This document shows positions 40,767-54,216 of a stretch of DNA of 64,000 nt, piece after piece. Every line of letters begins with the position of its first letter. Within the stretch, counting starts at the first letter, position 1. The notes below the pieces were generated by a model, which was not told where the DNA came from, searched no databases, and saw nothing but the letters and a program-made list of their open reading frames with translations. The DNA lies in the NCBI RefSeq assembly GCF_009914755.1, contig NC_060930.1; one strand, given 5' to 3'. The position numbers were made by a program, and so were the translations under genes. This DNA comes from the human T2T-CHM13v2.0 reference genome, Homo sapiens.

Positions 40767-40830
40767 AAACACGAAAACAGTAAGATGGATACCAACCTTT
40801 TTGCCTTTTTAAGACTTCCTAAAAATAAAG
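40767..40830 (+). other. 64-nt exon candidate (phase 0 to 1), open frame
   Basis: ttttttgtcttttgttaaccAG acceptor, AAG|GTAATT donor; reads KHENSKMDTNLFAFLRLPKNK. Confidence 0.4.
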
Positions 40831-43419
40831 GTAATTTATAATTAAGGAAGCTTATATCAGAATCACACATTTTCCTATCTCAGAATATGTTCTTTATCTA
40901 GACTAGAATAATGAGCAGAAATCAATGAAAACTACAGCATATTTCTAAACAAATAGTTGTCTTTTTTCAGCATATAGGAAAGTGAGAATTCATGTATCAC
41001 TTTAATCTTTAAATAGATTTTAAGCACTTCCTTGTAATTGTTCATTTTGCTTGCCTGAAGTGCTTATATAATACACACAATTATAATAATATATATGTGT
41101 CAATATGTAGACACATCCATTCATATAGAAGCTCAAAGTTTTACCATTTTTAATAAACCTGCCAATTTGCTATGTTAATAGAAAGCAGTGACCATTTCCA
41201 AACTACTATAATTTAAATTCACATAATAGACTCCCTCTTCAATTTTGCTTGCTCTTCCAATGAGGTTTGCATTCACACTTTTATTTCATATCAATACCTT
41301 GTTTTTCTTGTCAGAAAAACATTGAATGAAAAACCCTGTGACACAACATAGAGCATGTCAATTTAAAAATACAAAATACCCCACCAAGGAAGAAGAAAGT
41401 GTTGTTGTAGTATCATTGCTGTTACTGCTCCCATATTTTCATACCCACAGTGATTAATATTTTTGTGGCAACTTTAAGAAAATGAATTTAAACTCTGCAA
41501 ATGTCTTTTCCATCAGAATTCAAACAATTTTATTGACTATCCTCAAAAACTGTTATTTCCCAGTGAGACCAAATGTGGGCAGTAACAATTACAAATCAAT
41601 TACCATAAAAACATTTTATCAATTTTGCCCTCCTTTTCCATATCCTTAGGGCTATCAACTGATATTTTCCTACATAGGGGTGGCTCTGTGTTCCTGCCTG
41701 TTAAGCTTATTAAGCGAGTATGCCTGTTTGAATTATTACTGAACTTGTGTAGCAAACTCATATGTTGTGAAAAGAATTGCATAAACAGCTGCATCAATCT
41801 ATTAAGCATAGAAATTGCATTATGAGGTCAATAAAAGATTGTAGGTAAGATATCTGGAAAGTAATTACTTCTCTTTAATGAATACATAGCCTAGTAATTT
41901 CTGAGTGCTGTAGGCATAACAGTGCTATATGTTTTATAGTTTATAAATAAATAGTTATTACCTTACACAAAGAGTAGAAATACATCCTTTGAAGAAAAGT
42001 TAATTTGTTGTAAAGAGGCATATTTTGCTTAAACTACTTACATATAATGGATTATCAAGTAATTCCAATATGCTGTAATTGAGAATTACCTCTTTCAACA
42101 TGGAATATTCAATTGCATTTTGTACATCTGGGAGAAAACTGTATTTTCACCTCAGCTATTATCTTAGACATTAAAAGCATGATTTATAGCACATATTTTA
42201 GATAGGGAATAATGGCAATACAAAGTCAATTTTATGCTATGAATGAGTTAAAATTATTTCTTTAGTTTAAATATATTTGCATGCAAATTACATGTTATAA
42301 TTATTCTCACATAGCAGTCTGGCTTGCTTCATTTTTTTTCTAGAATCCCATTTCTCAAGCTGCAACTTCCACATTTATTGTCAATTGCTAATTTAAATAT
42401 CCATATTTTTCATGCACTGTCTCTTCTTCTCTCACCTAAGCAGTATTAAAAATTAGAATGTCATGTTTCAATATCATTTATTAGATGATATTTTAAAAAT
42501 GGCTTCATCAAATCATTAGTTTATCATCCTATTAAATAAAACCATAATAAACTTTTTTTGATATTTTGACAGAGAAACTAAATGTAAAGAGCCTGAAGGG
42601 GATTTTACAAGTATACAAAGCACTACTGCCTTCATAACTCTTGCAATGTTAGGTAGATATTACAAAGGAAGATAATTTTCTTTTTCAGTAGCAGAAAGTG
42701 AGAAAGCAGCAGCAATTTTTAATGTTCTGTTGTTAGTACCACCTGTACATTGCTAAGTTCTTGTTTTTTTGAAGATTCCAAACATTGATTGAGAAATCAC
42801 CAATGTTTATCAGTTAGAATTATATTTTTCAGAAAATGTTGCTATTGCAAAGACTCACTTCATTCTTTAAACCTAAATTTTAGTTTGTCTCTTACTTTTT
42901 CCTGTTTTCTGCATGAAAGTAGAAAAAATACCCCACCCATGTTTGACAATGGCACCAAATAAACAATTATATATTTCACCTAATTGACAGAACTGGACTC
43001 TTCTTAGGCCACAAAATATATAACTTTTTAAAATGGTGACCAATGTTATCATCAGGGACATCAATATCTACCACAAAGGTGACCAGAAATCCTAAAACAT
43101 CAATAATGGGCACCCAAATACTGTGACTTGCTACACTCTGCAGGACGGGGGAAAGAGAGGAAGAAGGAAATAAAGAGTCTTCCTCCAGCCCTCACCATCC
43201 ACCCATTGAAATCTCACATGATCTGCAGGAGAATTAACTTCTAATGCCTCTTCCGCTTCTAACCTAGGAAACTTACAGGTCATCTCTAAACTTTAATTTC
43301 TCTGTGTGTAACAGTTCCCCTTAGAAGAGCCACAGGCCTTTTAATTTTAACTTGCTATCCTTTGCATTTAGAGAGGAGAGCAACAATGGCAGAGGAATGT
43401 GATGGCAGAAAATAAAAAG

Positions 43420-43620
43420 TCAGTATTTATTAAGTGCCTGGCAGGTTCCTGGTTCTGTTCTAAGGGTTTCAGATGATTTCCTCATTTATTTCTCACAACA
43501 ACCTTGCAATGCAAGCATTAATATTACCCCTATTTTATCTCTGAGGAATAGAGACACAAAGAAGTAAAAAGCACAGAACTAGAAAGTGGCAAAACCAGGA
43601 TGTGAAATGACCCCTGTCTG
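43420..43620 (-). mobile_element. MIR
   Basis: atttattaagtgcct...ctcatttattctcacaacaacctt...attacccctattttatctctgaggaa. Confidence 0.8.
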
Positions 43621-45399
43621 GAGTGAATGCTTGCCTCTCTTTCTCTGCAGAAGTGATAATGGAGGATTGGCACCATGAGAGAGTAAGGGATGCCAGGAAG
43701 AGAATGTCAGCCTAATAAGCAGTTGGTACCCCAAATGTCAAGAAAAGGCTTTGAGGACTTACAGAGGGGCCTTACAAATAATTGTTTTCTTGCTTTTATC
43801 TTGTGTTTTCTCCCTTAACACCATTTATATCTGATACAACCTCACTTAGAGATATTAAACAACAGTTAACACAAAGTGATATAATTTATTTCTCATAGAA
43901 AAAAGTCTATTTAACCAGATCATGAATTTACCCATGCTGGCATGTTTTTTTTCTTAAACTAAGATTGTATAAGTACCTTGCCATTAAGGATTAAAAAAAA
44001 ATGAAAGTTATCTGAAAGATTATAGTGAAAGAGAATAATCTAGGAGTTTGAAGTCATAACGTCTATTGCTGTGTTTATCACTAACCAGCTTTGAAAGCTT
44101 GGCTCTCAACAGTGGTAGGTCTAAGTTTTCTCATCCATAAAATGAAAGGTTTATGACAATTTCCAATCCAGCTCTAATAGTTCATCACCTTTTTTTTAGC
44201 TCCATAATCATGACAGAATAAGAGTGGTAATTATTACCACTCTTAAAGTTTTTGGAAAATTTTCCATTAACATTTAGTTGATTAACAGACCATTGCTATG
44301 TGAAATAGGGCAGAGAATTTCTCTTCCAATTTGGCTTCCAGGAATGAAATATTTTTCCTGGCAAAACTTTAGTCAAGCCAAAACACAACTAGAGTTTAGA
44401 AAACTTAGAGAATTTAATATCAACTGACTATAGTAAAGGACTAAAGAAATACAAATATTTCAACAGGTATACTCTTTCCTAAATCACACCTCTTTCAAAA
44501 CCACCACTGGCCCATGTGTTTTAACAATAAAGACTAGTACCACTGCCATTCTCACAGATATTACTACAACTGCTGCTATTATTCATCTAATGATGACATC
44601 TCTATCAAAAGCACTTTTAAATATATCCTTTTTTGTTACTCACATATACCCTTTGAGGTAGGTAAGACAGTTACTATTATCTCTGATTTGCATATGGAAA
44701 AATAGAGCCTCAGAGCTATTGAGGAATGTACTCACAATCAGTCTCTAAGTAATGGGAAATTGCCAAGTAGAAAGGAAAAGGATAAAATATATTCCAGAAA
44801 GAAAGAGAAGGTGGGGAAATGGAGGTATGAAAACCTTGACCAGTAGAGGCAATTGGTTCTCAATGCCTAGAATTTAACATGCGAGTAGAAGTTTTACTAG
44901 GACCTGCAAACATTAGAAATGTCTTCCTTCCCTAGACCTATCCACCTTTCAAATCTTTTGATGACATAGAAGCAAAAACTGAGGGTTTCAAGAACCAGAG
45001 CCTGGCTGGTTAAAGCATTCTCAAGCTTTATATTACATATCAAATGCATGCAATATCAAAGAATATCCCAATGTTAGAATATTCAGCACTGCCTCCAGCT
45101 TCTCTGCCCAGATTAAGGGGCTCTTCTAAAACCTACATACTCCCTAACTCAGTCGCTGATTTTTCTTAATGGTTAGGGCTTATGACCTGGGTCGGGACCC
45201 AGTTTCTAGTTCAGACCCTAACAGAGGTTCTAACAAATGAATGAGTTTTAACACCTTTTCAAGGCCGAAATTTTAGGTTTTTGATGGAACCCAATGATAA
45301 CTTCCTTTTACCTTATTTGAGATACAAAAGGATGGATAATTTTTCCCCTAATCTATCTATGAATAAATAATTTTCCCCCAACCTATCCATTGCATGTGC

Positions 45400-45706
45400 A
45401 ATGAGAGTTTGGTCAACTATGGACCATATATATGATGGTATCTCATGAGATCATATCATAATTTTACTAAATTTTGTATATATTTAGATATGTTTGATGT
45501 ATCAGTACTTACCATTGTGTTACAGTTGCTTACATTATCCAGTACAGTAACATGTTGTACAGGTTTGTAGCCAAAAAGCCATAGGCTACGAGTGTGGTAG
45601 ACTATACTAAGTTTGTTTAAGTACACTCGATGATGTTTGCACAATGATGAAATCGCCTGATGCATTTCTCAGAAAGCATCCCTGTCATTAAGCAACACAT
45701 GATTGA
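45400..45706 (+). mobile_element. Tigger3a/MER7-like DNA transposon
   Basis: tacttaccattgtgttacagttgc...cagtacagtaacatgttgtacaggtttgtagcc...gatgcatttctcagaaagcatccctgtcattaagcaacacatga. Confidence 0.85.
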
Positions 45707-45723
45707 ATTAAAAAGTGAAAGCA

Positions 45724-45741
45724 CTCCGTCTCAAAAAAAAA
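45724..45741 (+). mobile_element. Ultra-truncated Alu insertion (last 9 nt plus polyA)
   Basis: CTCCGTCTC plus A tail between identical 14-bp repeats AAAAAGTGAAAGCA (45710-45723, 45742-45755), at a TT|AAAA site. Confidence 0.85.
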
Positions 45742-46769
45742 AAAAAGTGAAAGCAAACAGAATCTCTAACCTAACTGTGTTTTAGCAGGATATTTAAAAA
45801 TGTTATTCATACCCACTTCGTGTAAATACAGCTTTGCTTTTAAGAAACAGCAAGGGGCATATGGCATTCTCTCATTAGAAAAACTGGCCATAATCTACTA
45901 GATTCATCCGTTCCAGAAAGAAGAGAATGATTAAATGAGAGTTCCAGGGTATCCAACTCCATTTGAACATTTTCCCAAGGATCTCACAACAAGGGATATT
46001 TTAGAGCCATCTACTCATCTGGTGCCTGCTGTGCCCATATCCCCTTTCTGGGTACTTCAAACACAGTTGACTGTGAGCTAAATCACAAAATTCTCCTTCT
46101 CAGCCATGTCTAATTGGATCATAGACCAATACAGACTTACGTAGAAGAACATTGGCTACAAAAAAAAAATGGCAAATGTTAGGATTTTTTGTTAGGATTT
46201 TTCAGATTCTCACTTTGAGAGAAAAATGGAGTAAGAAAGAGAGGGCAAAAAAAAAAGAGTGAAAACCAAAGCAGAATTCTTAGGATATACAATGCATGCA
46301 AATTACTTGGGCATTTTTTCCTTGTGATAAATCCTAGTTTTAATGAAAGTGAAGACATGAGTAACCCTCACAACTCTGAGCCTTAAGGAAAAGAGTTGCA
46401 AGTCATCGTTTTCTCTTCATCATTCATAACCTAGAGGTAGTTACTGCTTTCATCAGTTGGGATTTCAGTTTCTAGATGAACTGAATTCCCTGTCCTTTAA
46501 GCTTTTACAGCATCAAGGTTATTACATATGGGGAGAACTAAGTTCAACATGTTTATTCCAACATCTTCAATTCATAGATAAGAAAACTAAGTCCAGAAGA
46601 GTATGTCAGGCAATAGCAGCAGTGCTTAACTCCCTACATCCGTTTTCTGGAGAACTAAAATTGATATATGTGAGAATCTTCAAATACCTAACACAAAGGC
46701 AAATTATTGTTCAACCACAAAATTATAAGTCACAAACCACAAACAAGGTAGCACTTAAGATTCAACTTA

Positions 46770-47081
<312 letters not shown>

Positions 47082-47356
47082 TTAGTCTAGAATATGTTTT
47101 CCTATTGCATGTTTTTGCGTGACTATTACTGCGGCCCTTAGTACAGATCTCTCAATCTTTGGACTCCTTGCACTCAAAATCCACACCCCAGCACTTTATA
47201 TAAGGATAAAGTGCTGCGTCTCCAATAGAACAGAGTTAAGATTGAAATATCCTAGTACTACCACTCACTGGCTCTGTGACCTTTGGGATAATAATAGCAA
47301 AAAAGTTTCTGGATATTCTCAAATCATGCATGTTCTAAGATTAGAAAATATGATAA

Positions 47357-47603
<247 letters not shown>

Positions 47604-47753
47604 AAGTGCCTTAAATTTATAAAAGAGACGGGGTTTCACTATGTTGGCCAGGCTGGTCTCAAAAGTGCCTTAAATTTATATAACAACTTTTACCAATTCA
47701 TCTGGGATATTTCACATGGAAGACATTTAACAGAAATGGTCTAATTTGTCATA

Positions 47754-47767
47754 CTGCCCTCTAGTGA
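47754..47767 (-). promoter_or_regulatory. CTCF binding motif candidate
   Basis: Minus strand TCACTAGAGGGCAG, 13/14 match to CCASYAGRKGGCRS. Confidence 0.55.
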
Positions 47768-49278
47768 AACAAGATAGTGTTATATTAACCAAATCCCACT
47801 ATAGATTTTATTCTATGTAGATTCAAAAATAGCAAAGATCAAATCATGATCCCAGATATGACACATAAAAAAGGCCCTTTTAGCATGATTAAAACACGAA
47901 ATAAATGTATATCTTTCCTCAATAAATACTACCTTAATACAAATCTATACAGTTCTAAATATAGTAAATCAAGTTTAAAGAAATGAAATAACTTTCCCAA
48001 GTTTTTGCACCACCATTGTTACAAAACCTACACTTAGATTCAGATTCCTTCTCTTTTGCACAGTGTTTTTCAAGACTATACCGTGGTCTTTTAAATCATA
48101 ATTTTTAAGATACATGTCCCTGGTGGGGTCCTTTGGTAGGAGAAAATAAGATAATGTCAATTATCAGGCCACTTTTAAATACTGTCATGTAGCCTCTACG
48201 CAAAATAAAGATTTTTCTATCTTTATAATATCACCATATGAGAGCCATTTGAAACACAAAAATATATTTCTTTGCACTGTGGGCTTCAGTGCTCATAAGT
48301 TTATGAAAATGTGCCTTTGTGCAAGAAGAAGCCCTTCCATGCATCATTCATTTCTTAAGCAAGTCCAAGAAAGAGAGAGATCTAAAGCAACCTTTGACAA
48401 CACTCAAGCTCTTTATTTAAAAACAATGCAAACCTTTTTAGCTTCTAAAAGATGAATGTGGCCTCTGAGATATGTGTAATGTTTGTTTTTTAAGGCTGCC
48501 AATACTCATATGAATAGTAAGTTGACTAAGAGGTAAATGTACATATTCTGGTTCTTTGCTTTGTTTCTTTGTATGAAGAAGTAGTCTTGCAAAACTTTAC
48601 AAACATTTACAACTTTCATTGCTTACTAAACTCTATTCTCCCATTTAAAAGAAACTTGACCATTTGAATATGGATTCTCTCTAGAAATGTAAAAAGCAAA
48701 TTACAGGATTTTAGTAGTCTCTTGCCAGCTGCTCTTATACCCTTTTCCTAATCCTTAGCACATGATTTGGATAGTGGTGTATATTACCTTGTTGATATCT
48801 CACCCTGTTAGACAGGTCTTGTCAAATACAAAATTTGAAATTATTTTTCATTAATAAAGATGTTCATCCAGGAATCAGATTCTCTGCATTAACTGATAGG
48901 CAAGAGAAAGTCAGGTAGTAGAATCAGAAACAGAAGATTATTCAAGACAATGCAGAGACACATCTGAATGTATCAACCAGAAATCACAAGTCCAAGGGAT
49001 GAAGCCAGAAGGGATATAGAGAGGAAAAATGAGATGGCTCTATTAAGCATTCTTCTACAGGTTTGTATTGTTGTACTTAGCTTTCACTTGCATACCCATT
49101 ATATATAGCAGGTTTCTCCTCAGGTACAATTAAAGATACCACTTAGCTTTAGAAAAACAGATGGTGGAGGGCAATGGATAATAATAATGCTTATCCATGT
49201 AATCTATGAAGTGTGCGTATTACAAACAGAAGAAGAGGAGCCATTCTATGACTAGACAAAGTCTAGCACTTATCAACT

Positions 49279-49796
49279 GTAGATGACAAAGATAGTCTTA
49301 ATATTCCCCTCAACCGGACTGATGTTTAGAATATTATTTTACCTGACACTAGGCCTCTGATTCCCATTTTTTAAGCACGTATTTTAGAAAACTTGTAACT
49401 ATAAATTCTTCCCTATTCTTTTGAGGTGTAAATTATTTAGAAGTTTCTTTCCAATCCCTGGGAACCACCTCTTTGCAATGTAATCAAGGAAGATAGTGCT
49501 CCTATCTTCCAGTTTCTACCAGAAGATAGGAGTTTAACTTCCATGCCACCTTGCTCCAAATTATAAAACAACTTCCTGTCATAAAAGTATGAGAAAGTAT
49601 TATTTTCTTTGGGTAAAGCCAATTAGCAAACACATCCTATTATCTCCTCCCACTTCAGCACTTAAAAGCTCTCTAGCCCTTTGTTTCAGTAGAGTTGACT
49701 TCAGACTGAGTTCTGACCTCTCTCCTCTGTTGTAATAGCCTTGAATAAAGTCTTCCTTGATTATTTAAGTTTGTGCGGTGCAATTTTACTTTACCA
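49279..49796 (+). mobile_element. MER67-like ERV1 solo LTR
   Basis: taggcctctgattccc...ttttagaaaacttgtaactataaattcttcc...tgaggtgtaaat; aataaagtcttcctt polyA signal; TG start and CA end. Confidence 0.65.
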
Positions 49797-52238
49797 TAGA
49801 ACAACTAAGAAAACTTATTTTAACATAACTTCTCCTGCTAAGTACAACTATTCCTTTTGCTGAGTACAACTAAAATACTTAGAAATTATATATGAAGCAA
49901 ACATTAAAAGTTTATGAAAGGTGAAGAAAAGAAGATAGATCAGTTAGGGACCTTAGGATTCAAGGAACAGCATGATGGTGATTTCTCTGGGTTTTCTTTT
50001 TGCCTCATATCCCAGACTTCAAGCTGAAGAAGCCAGCAATCGAGAAATGACAACATGCACAAACAAAATAAACCCCAATAAAATGCCTTTTTTCTCTATC
50101 CAAAAGACATAGAGGGAGCAACCTAGAAGGACAGAAGACTTTTAGATAATAATTGCTCTGCTCCAGCTAAAGAAATATCACCAAAAAAACCTGTAGCCTC
50201 ACCTCCCTCCATACGAGCAAAGGCCAAGCTGGGAGCCCTTCCAAGGCAGTAAGAGGAGCTCCAAACTCCCATGCCTGCCACCTCCTCTCCCCACTGCTTG
50301 GATGGCATCAGAGAAGGCCAAGTAGGGAGCCACGAAATTTTACCCTCAATAAAGGGGCTCCCTTATACACCCTCACCTCTACAGTATCAGTGAAGTACAC
50401 GTAGGGAACCCAGACTTCCACTCATACCCAGTAGTAATAAAGTGCACCTTACTTTCCCTGAAGAAGTTATGCCAGAGTAGGCCTAGTAGAAGTCAGTGAT
50501 AACATTTCCCACCACACTCAGTGGTAATGTCTCTCAGCCATGATGTTAGCAGAGATCCAGTGGAGAACAGAACCTTGGCCAGCCAGTGAGGTATCAGTGG
50601 AGGCCCACTTGGGAGCCAGAATTCACACTCCTTGCTCAGTAGTAACAACAGAATCCCCACCCTCAGGTATCAATGGAAGTTGAGTAGGGAACATCTGCCC
50701 TTACCTGGCAGTAATGAGGTGCTACTCCCCATGCTTCCCCTGCTAGAGAAGTATCAGAGGAAGACAGCTAAAACAGAAGGGCTTAATGAGATCAAAATCT
50801 CTTAACATAAGGCCCATATTTTACAGGTTTGAATAGAAAAGTACTTGTCATACAAATAACTAGGAATAATTTAACTTGAATATTAAAAGACAACCGTGTA
50901 TCATACCAAGATGACAAAGATGTCAATGTCAAAATTGTCTGACAAATAATTAAATGCAGTCATCATAAAAATGCTTCAACAAGCAACTACAAACATCCTT
51001 TAAACAAATGAAAAAAAAATATAGAAAGTATCAAGAAAGAAATAGAAAAGCCCAGTAAATAAATTGATAATATAAAAAGAATCAAGTTAATATTCTCTAA
51101 CTGAAAAAAACAAATTAACCAAAATGAAAACAAATCAATGGATGGCCTCAATAATAAGATGAAAGGAGCAGAGAAAAGAATCAGTGAACTGGAATGAAGA
51201 GTAATAGAAATTATCCAGTCTCAAAAACAAAGAGAAAATAGACCTAAACAGATAAACAAAGCCTCAGGGATTAGTGAGACTATAACACAAGACCTAACAT
51301 TTATGTCCTCTGAGTCCTGTAAAGACATAGAGAAAAAGCAGAACTAAAAAGTATTCAAGGAAATGATGACCAATAACTTCTAAATATGATCAAAAAAATA
51401 CACCTATGAATTCAAGTAATTTGGTAAATCTCAAACAGGATAAATCCAAGGATAGTCACACTAAGGCACATCATAGTCAAACTCTGGCAAGCTAAATACA
51501 AATATAAAAAACCATAAAGCAGTCAGGAACAAATACCACCTTAAATATGCAGAGAAAATAATTTGAATGGAAGCAGATTTCTCATGAGAAACCATGGAGA
51601 CTAGAAGTAAGTGGAACTTACCCAAAAAAAAAAAAAAAAAAAAAAAAAGGCTGTGAGCATAGAATTTTATATTGAGTGAAAATATTCATTAGAAATTAAG
51701 AGGAAATCAAAATGAAGTAAGGAAATGAAGGAAAACTAAGAGAATTTATCTTCAAACTGATCTACCCCAAATGAATGGCAAAGCAAAGTCTTCAAACCAA
51801 AAAGAAAATGATAAAATGAGAAATCTTGGAGAATCAGGAATGAAGAAAAATCACAGTAAGAAAAACTTGGGGCAAACAAAATAGATTTTCTTTCTTCTAT
51901 TGAATTTTCTAAATTATGCTTGAAAATTGAAGTTAAAGTATAACACTGAAATAATTCTAAGTGTGTATAGAGAAAATACATAAGACAATTATAAGTGAAA
52001 GATAGGAAAGAAATGTAAAGGAAAATAAGATTTCTACACTTCACTCAAACTGGTAAAATGATGACACCAGCAGTCTGTGAAAAGTCGTCTCTATGTAATG
52101 TAACATCTAGAGTAATCACTAATAAAATTATGCAAAGAGATACTCAAAAAGAGGACAGAGCAATCAAAATGGAATTCTTAAAACTGAGTAGCTCATAGGA
52201 AGGCATGTAAAAGAAAACATAAAAATATAAAAGATAGA

Positions 52239-52550
52239 GGCCAGGTGTGGTGGCTCACGCCTATAATCCCAGCACTTTGGGAGGCTGAGGTGGGCAGATC
52301 ACGAGGTCAAGAGATCGAGACCATCCTGGCTAACACAGTGAAACCCTGTCTCTACCAAATATACAAAAAATTAGCTGGGTGTGGTGACAGGCACCTGTAG
52401 TCCCAGCTACTGGGGAGGATGAGGCAGGAGAATGGCATGAACCCATGAGGCAGAGCTTGCAGTAAGCTGAGATGGTGCCACTGCATTCCAGCCTGGATGA
52501 CAGGAGAGACTCCGTCTCAAAAAACTTAAAAAAAATTTTTTTAAATATAT
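52239..52550 (+). mobile_element. AluY/Sc-like
   Basis: gatcgagaccatcctggctaacac and agaatggcatgaacc diagnostics; TSD ATATAAAAGATAGA at 52225-52238 and 52551-52564. Confidence 0.95.
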
Positions 52551-53906
52551 ATATAAAAGATAGAAAGAATTAAAAAGAGACAAGAAAGAAAATAGCAGAC
52601 TTACACCCTAATGTATCAGTAACTACATTAAATGTAAATGGTCTAAATGTTCCAATTTAAACACAGAATTTGGCAAAGTAGATTACCAAACAAGGCCCAA
52701 ATACATGCTATTTACAAGAAACTCATTTCAACTATAATGATATAAACCAGCTGAAAGTAAAGAATGGAAAAAAGATATATTACAGAAACATTAGAGAAAA
52801 GAAAGCAGAAGTAGCTATATTAATATCAGATTGTTAAAAAAGAATTCAAAGAAAATTATCAGAGACAGAGAGGGACATTACATAATAATAAGGTCATTTC
52901 ATCAAAAAGCATAGTAATTCTAGATATATACACATTAAACAATAAAGCAGCAAAATATATAAGACTGATGAAGCTAAAAAGAGAAATTTAAAAACCCACA
53001 ACTAAGAGATTCCAGTACCCATCTCTCAAAAATTGATAAAACAATTAAATGAAAAACATCAAGAATATATTAATAGAATAATTTAATAACACAATACACT
53101 AATGGGACCTGACATTTACAAATTGTTCCAATCACCAACAGCAGAATGCACATCCTTTTCAGGTAGCCATGGGACATACACCAAAATAGACTATATCTGG
53201 CCATCAAACAAAACTTAACAAACTTAAAATAATTAAGATCATAGTGTGTTCTCTGACAACAATGAATTAAGCCAGAAGTTTATTCATGATAAAAAGATCT
53301 CTAAATAACAGGAAATTTTCCAAACATGTGATAACCTAAAAACACATTTCTGAATAATCTAAGCGTCAAAGAGGAACACTCAAGGAAAATTTTAAAATTA
53401 CATTGAATTAAATGAAAATATAAATACCTTTAAATTTCTGAGATACAGCTACAACAGTGCTGATAGGGAAATTTATAGCACAAAATGCATGTATGAGAAA
53501 AGAGAAAAAGTCTCAAATAAATCATCTAAGCTAATATCTCAAGAAGCTAGAAAAAAGAACAGAAAAATAAACCAAAAGCAAGTAGAAAGATGGAAAAAAA
53601 GCAGAGCAGAAATCCAAGAAATTTTAAAACTAAAAAAAGGAAATCAAAATAATTTAAAAGTCAAAAATAATATTTGAAATCAATAGAACAGATGATTCAT
53701 TGAAAAAAAATGAACAAAATTGACAAACCTCCAGCAAGACTGACAAATTAAAAATAGAACACACAAATTTCTAAGATCAAGAACGAAACGGTATATTACT
53801 ATAGACCCTGCAGACAGCAAAATGAATAAAAAAGAAATATCATAAATAATTCTATATACATAGGTTTTGCATTAAGTGAGAAACACCTCAAAAAACACAA
53901 ACTACT

Positions 53907-54216
53907 GGCCAGGCGCGGTGGCTCAAGCCTGTAATCCCAGCACTATGGGAAGTCAAGGTGGGCAGATCATGAAGTCAGGAGATCGAGACCATCCTGGCTA
54001 ATATGGTGAAACTCCGTCTCTACTAAAAATACAAACAAAAATTAGCCAGGCATTGGTGGCGGGTGCCTGTAGTCCCAGCTACTCAGGAGGCTGAGGCAGG
54101 AGAATGGCGTGAACCCGGGAGGCAGAACTTGCAGTGAGCTGAGATTGCGCCCCTGCACCCCAGCCTGGACAACAGAGCGAGACTCCACCACAAAAAAAAA
54201 AAAAAAAAAAAAAAAA
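53907..54216 (+). mobile_element. AluY
   Basis: gatcgagaccatcctggctaa, agaatggcgtgaacccgggaggc, long pure A tail. Confidence 0.95.
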
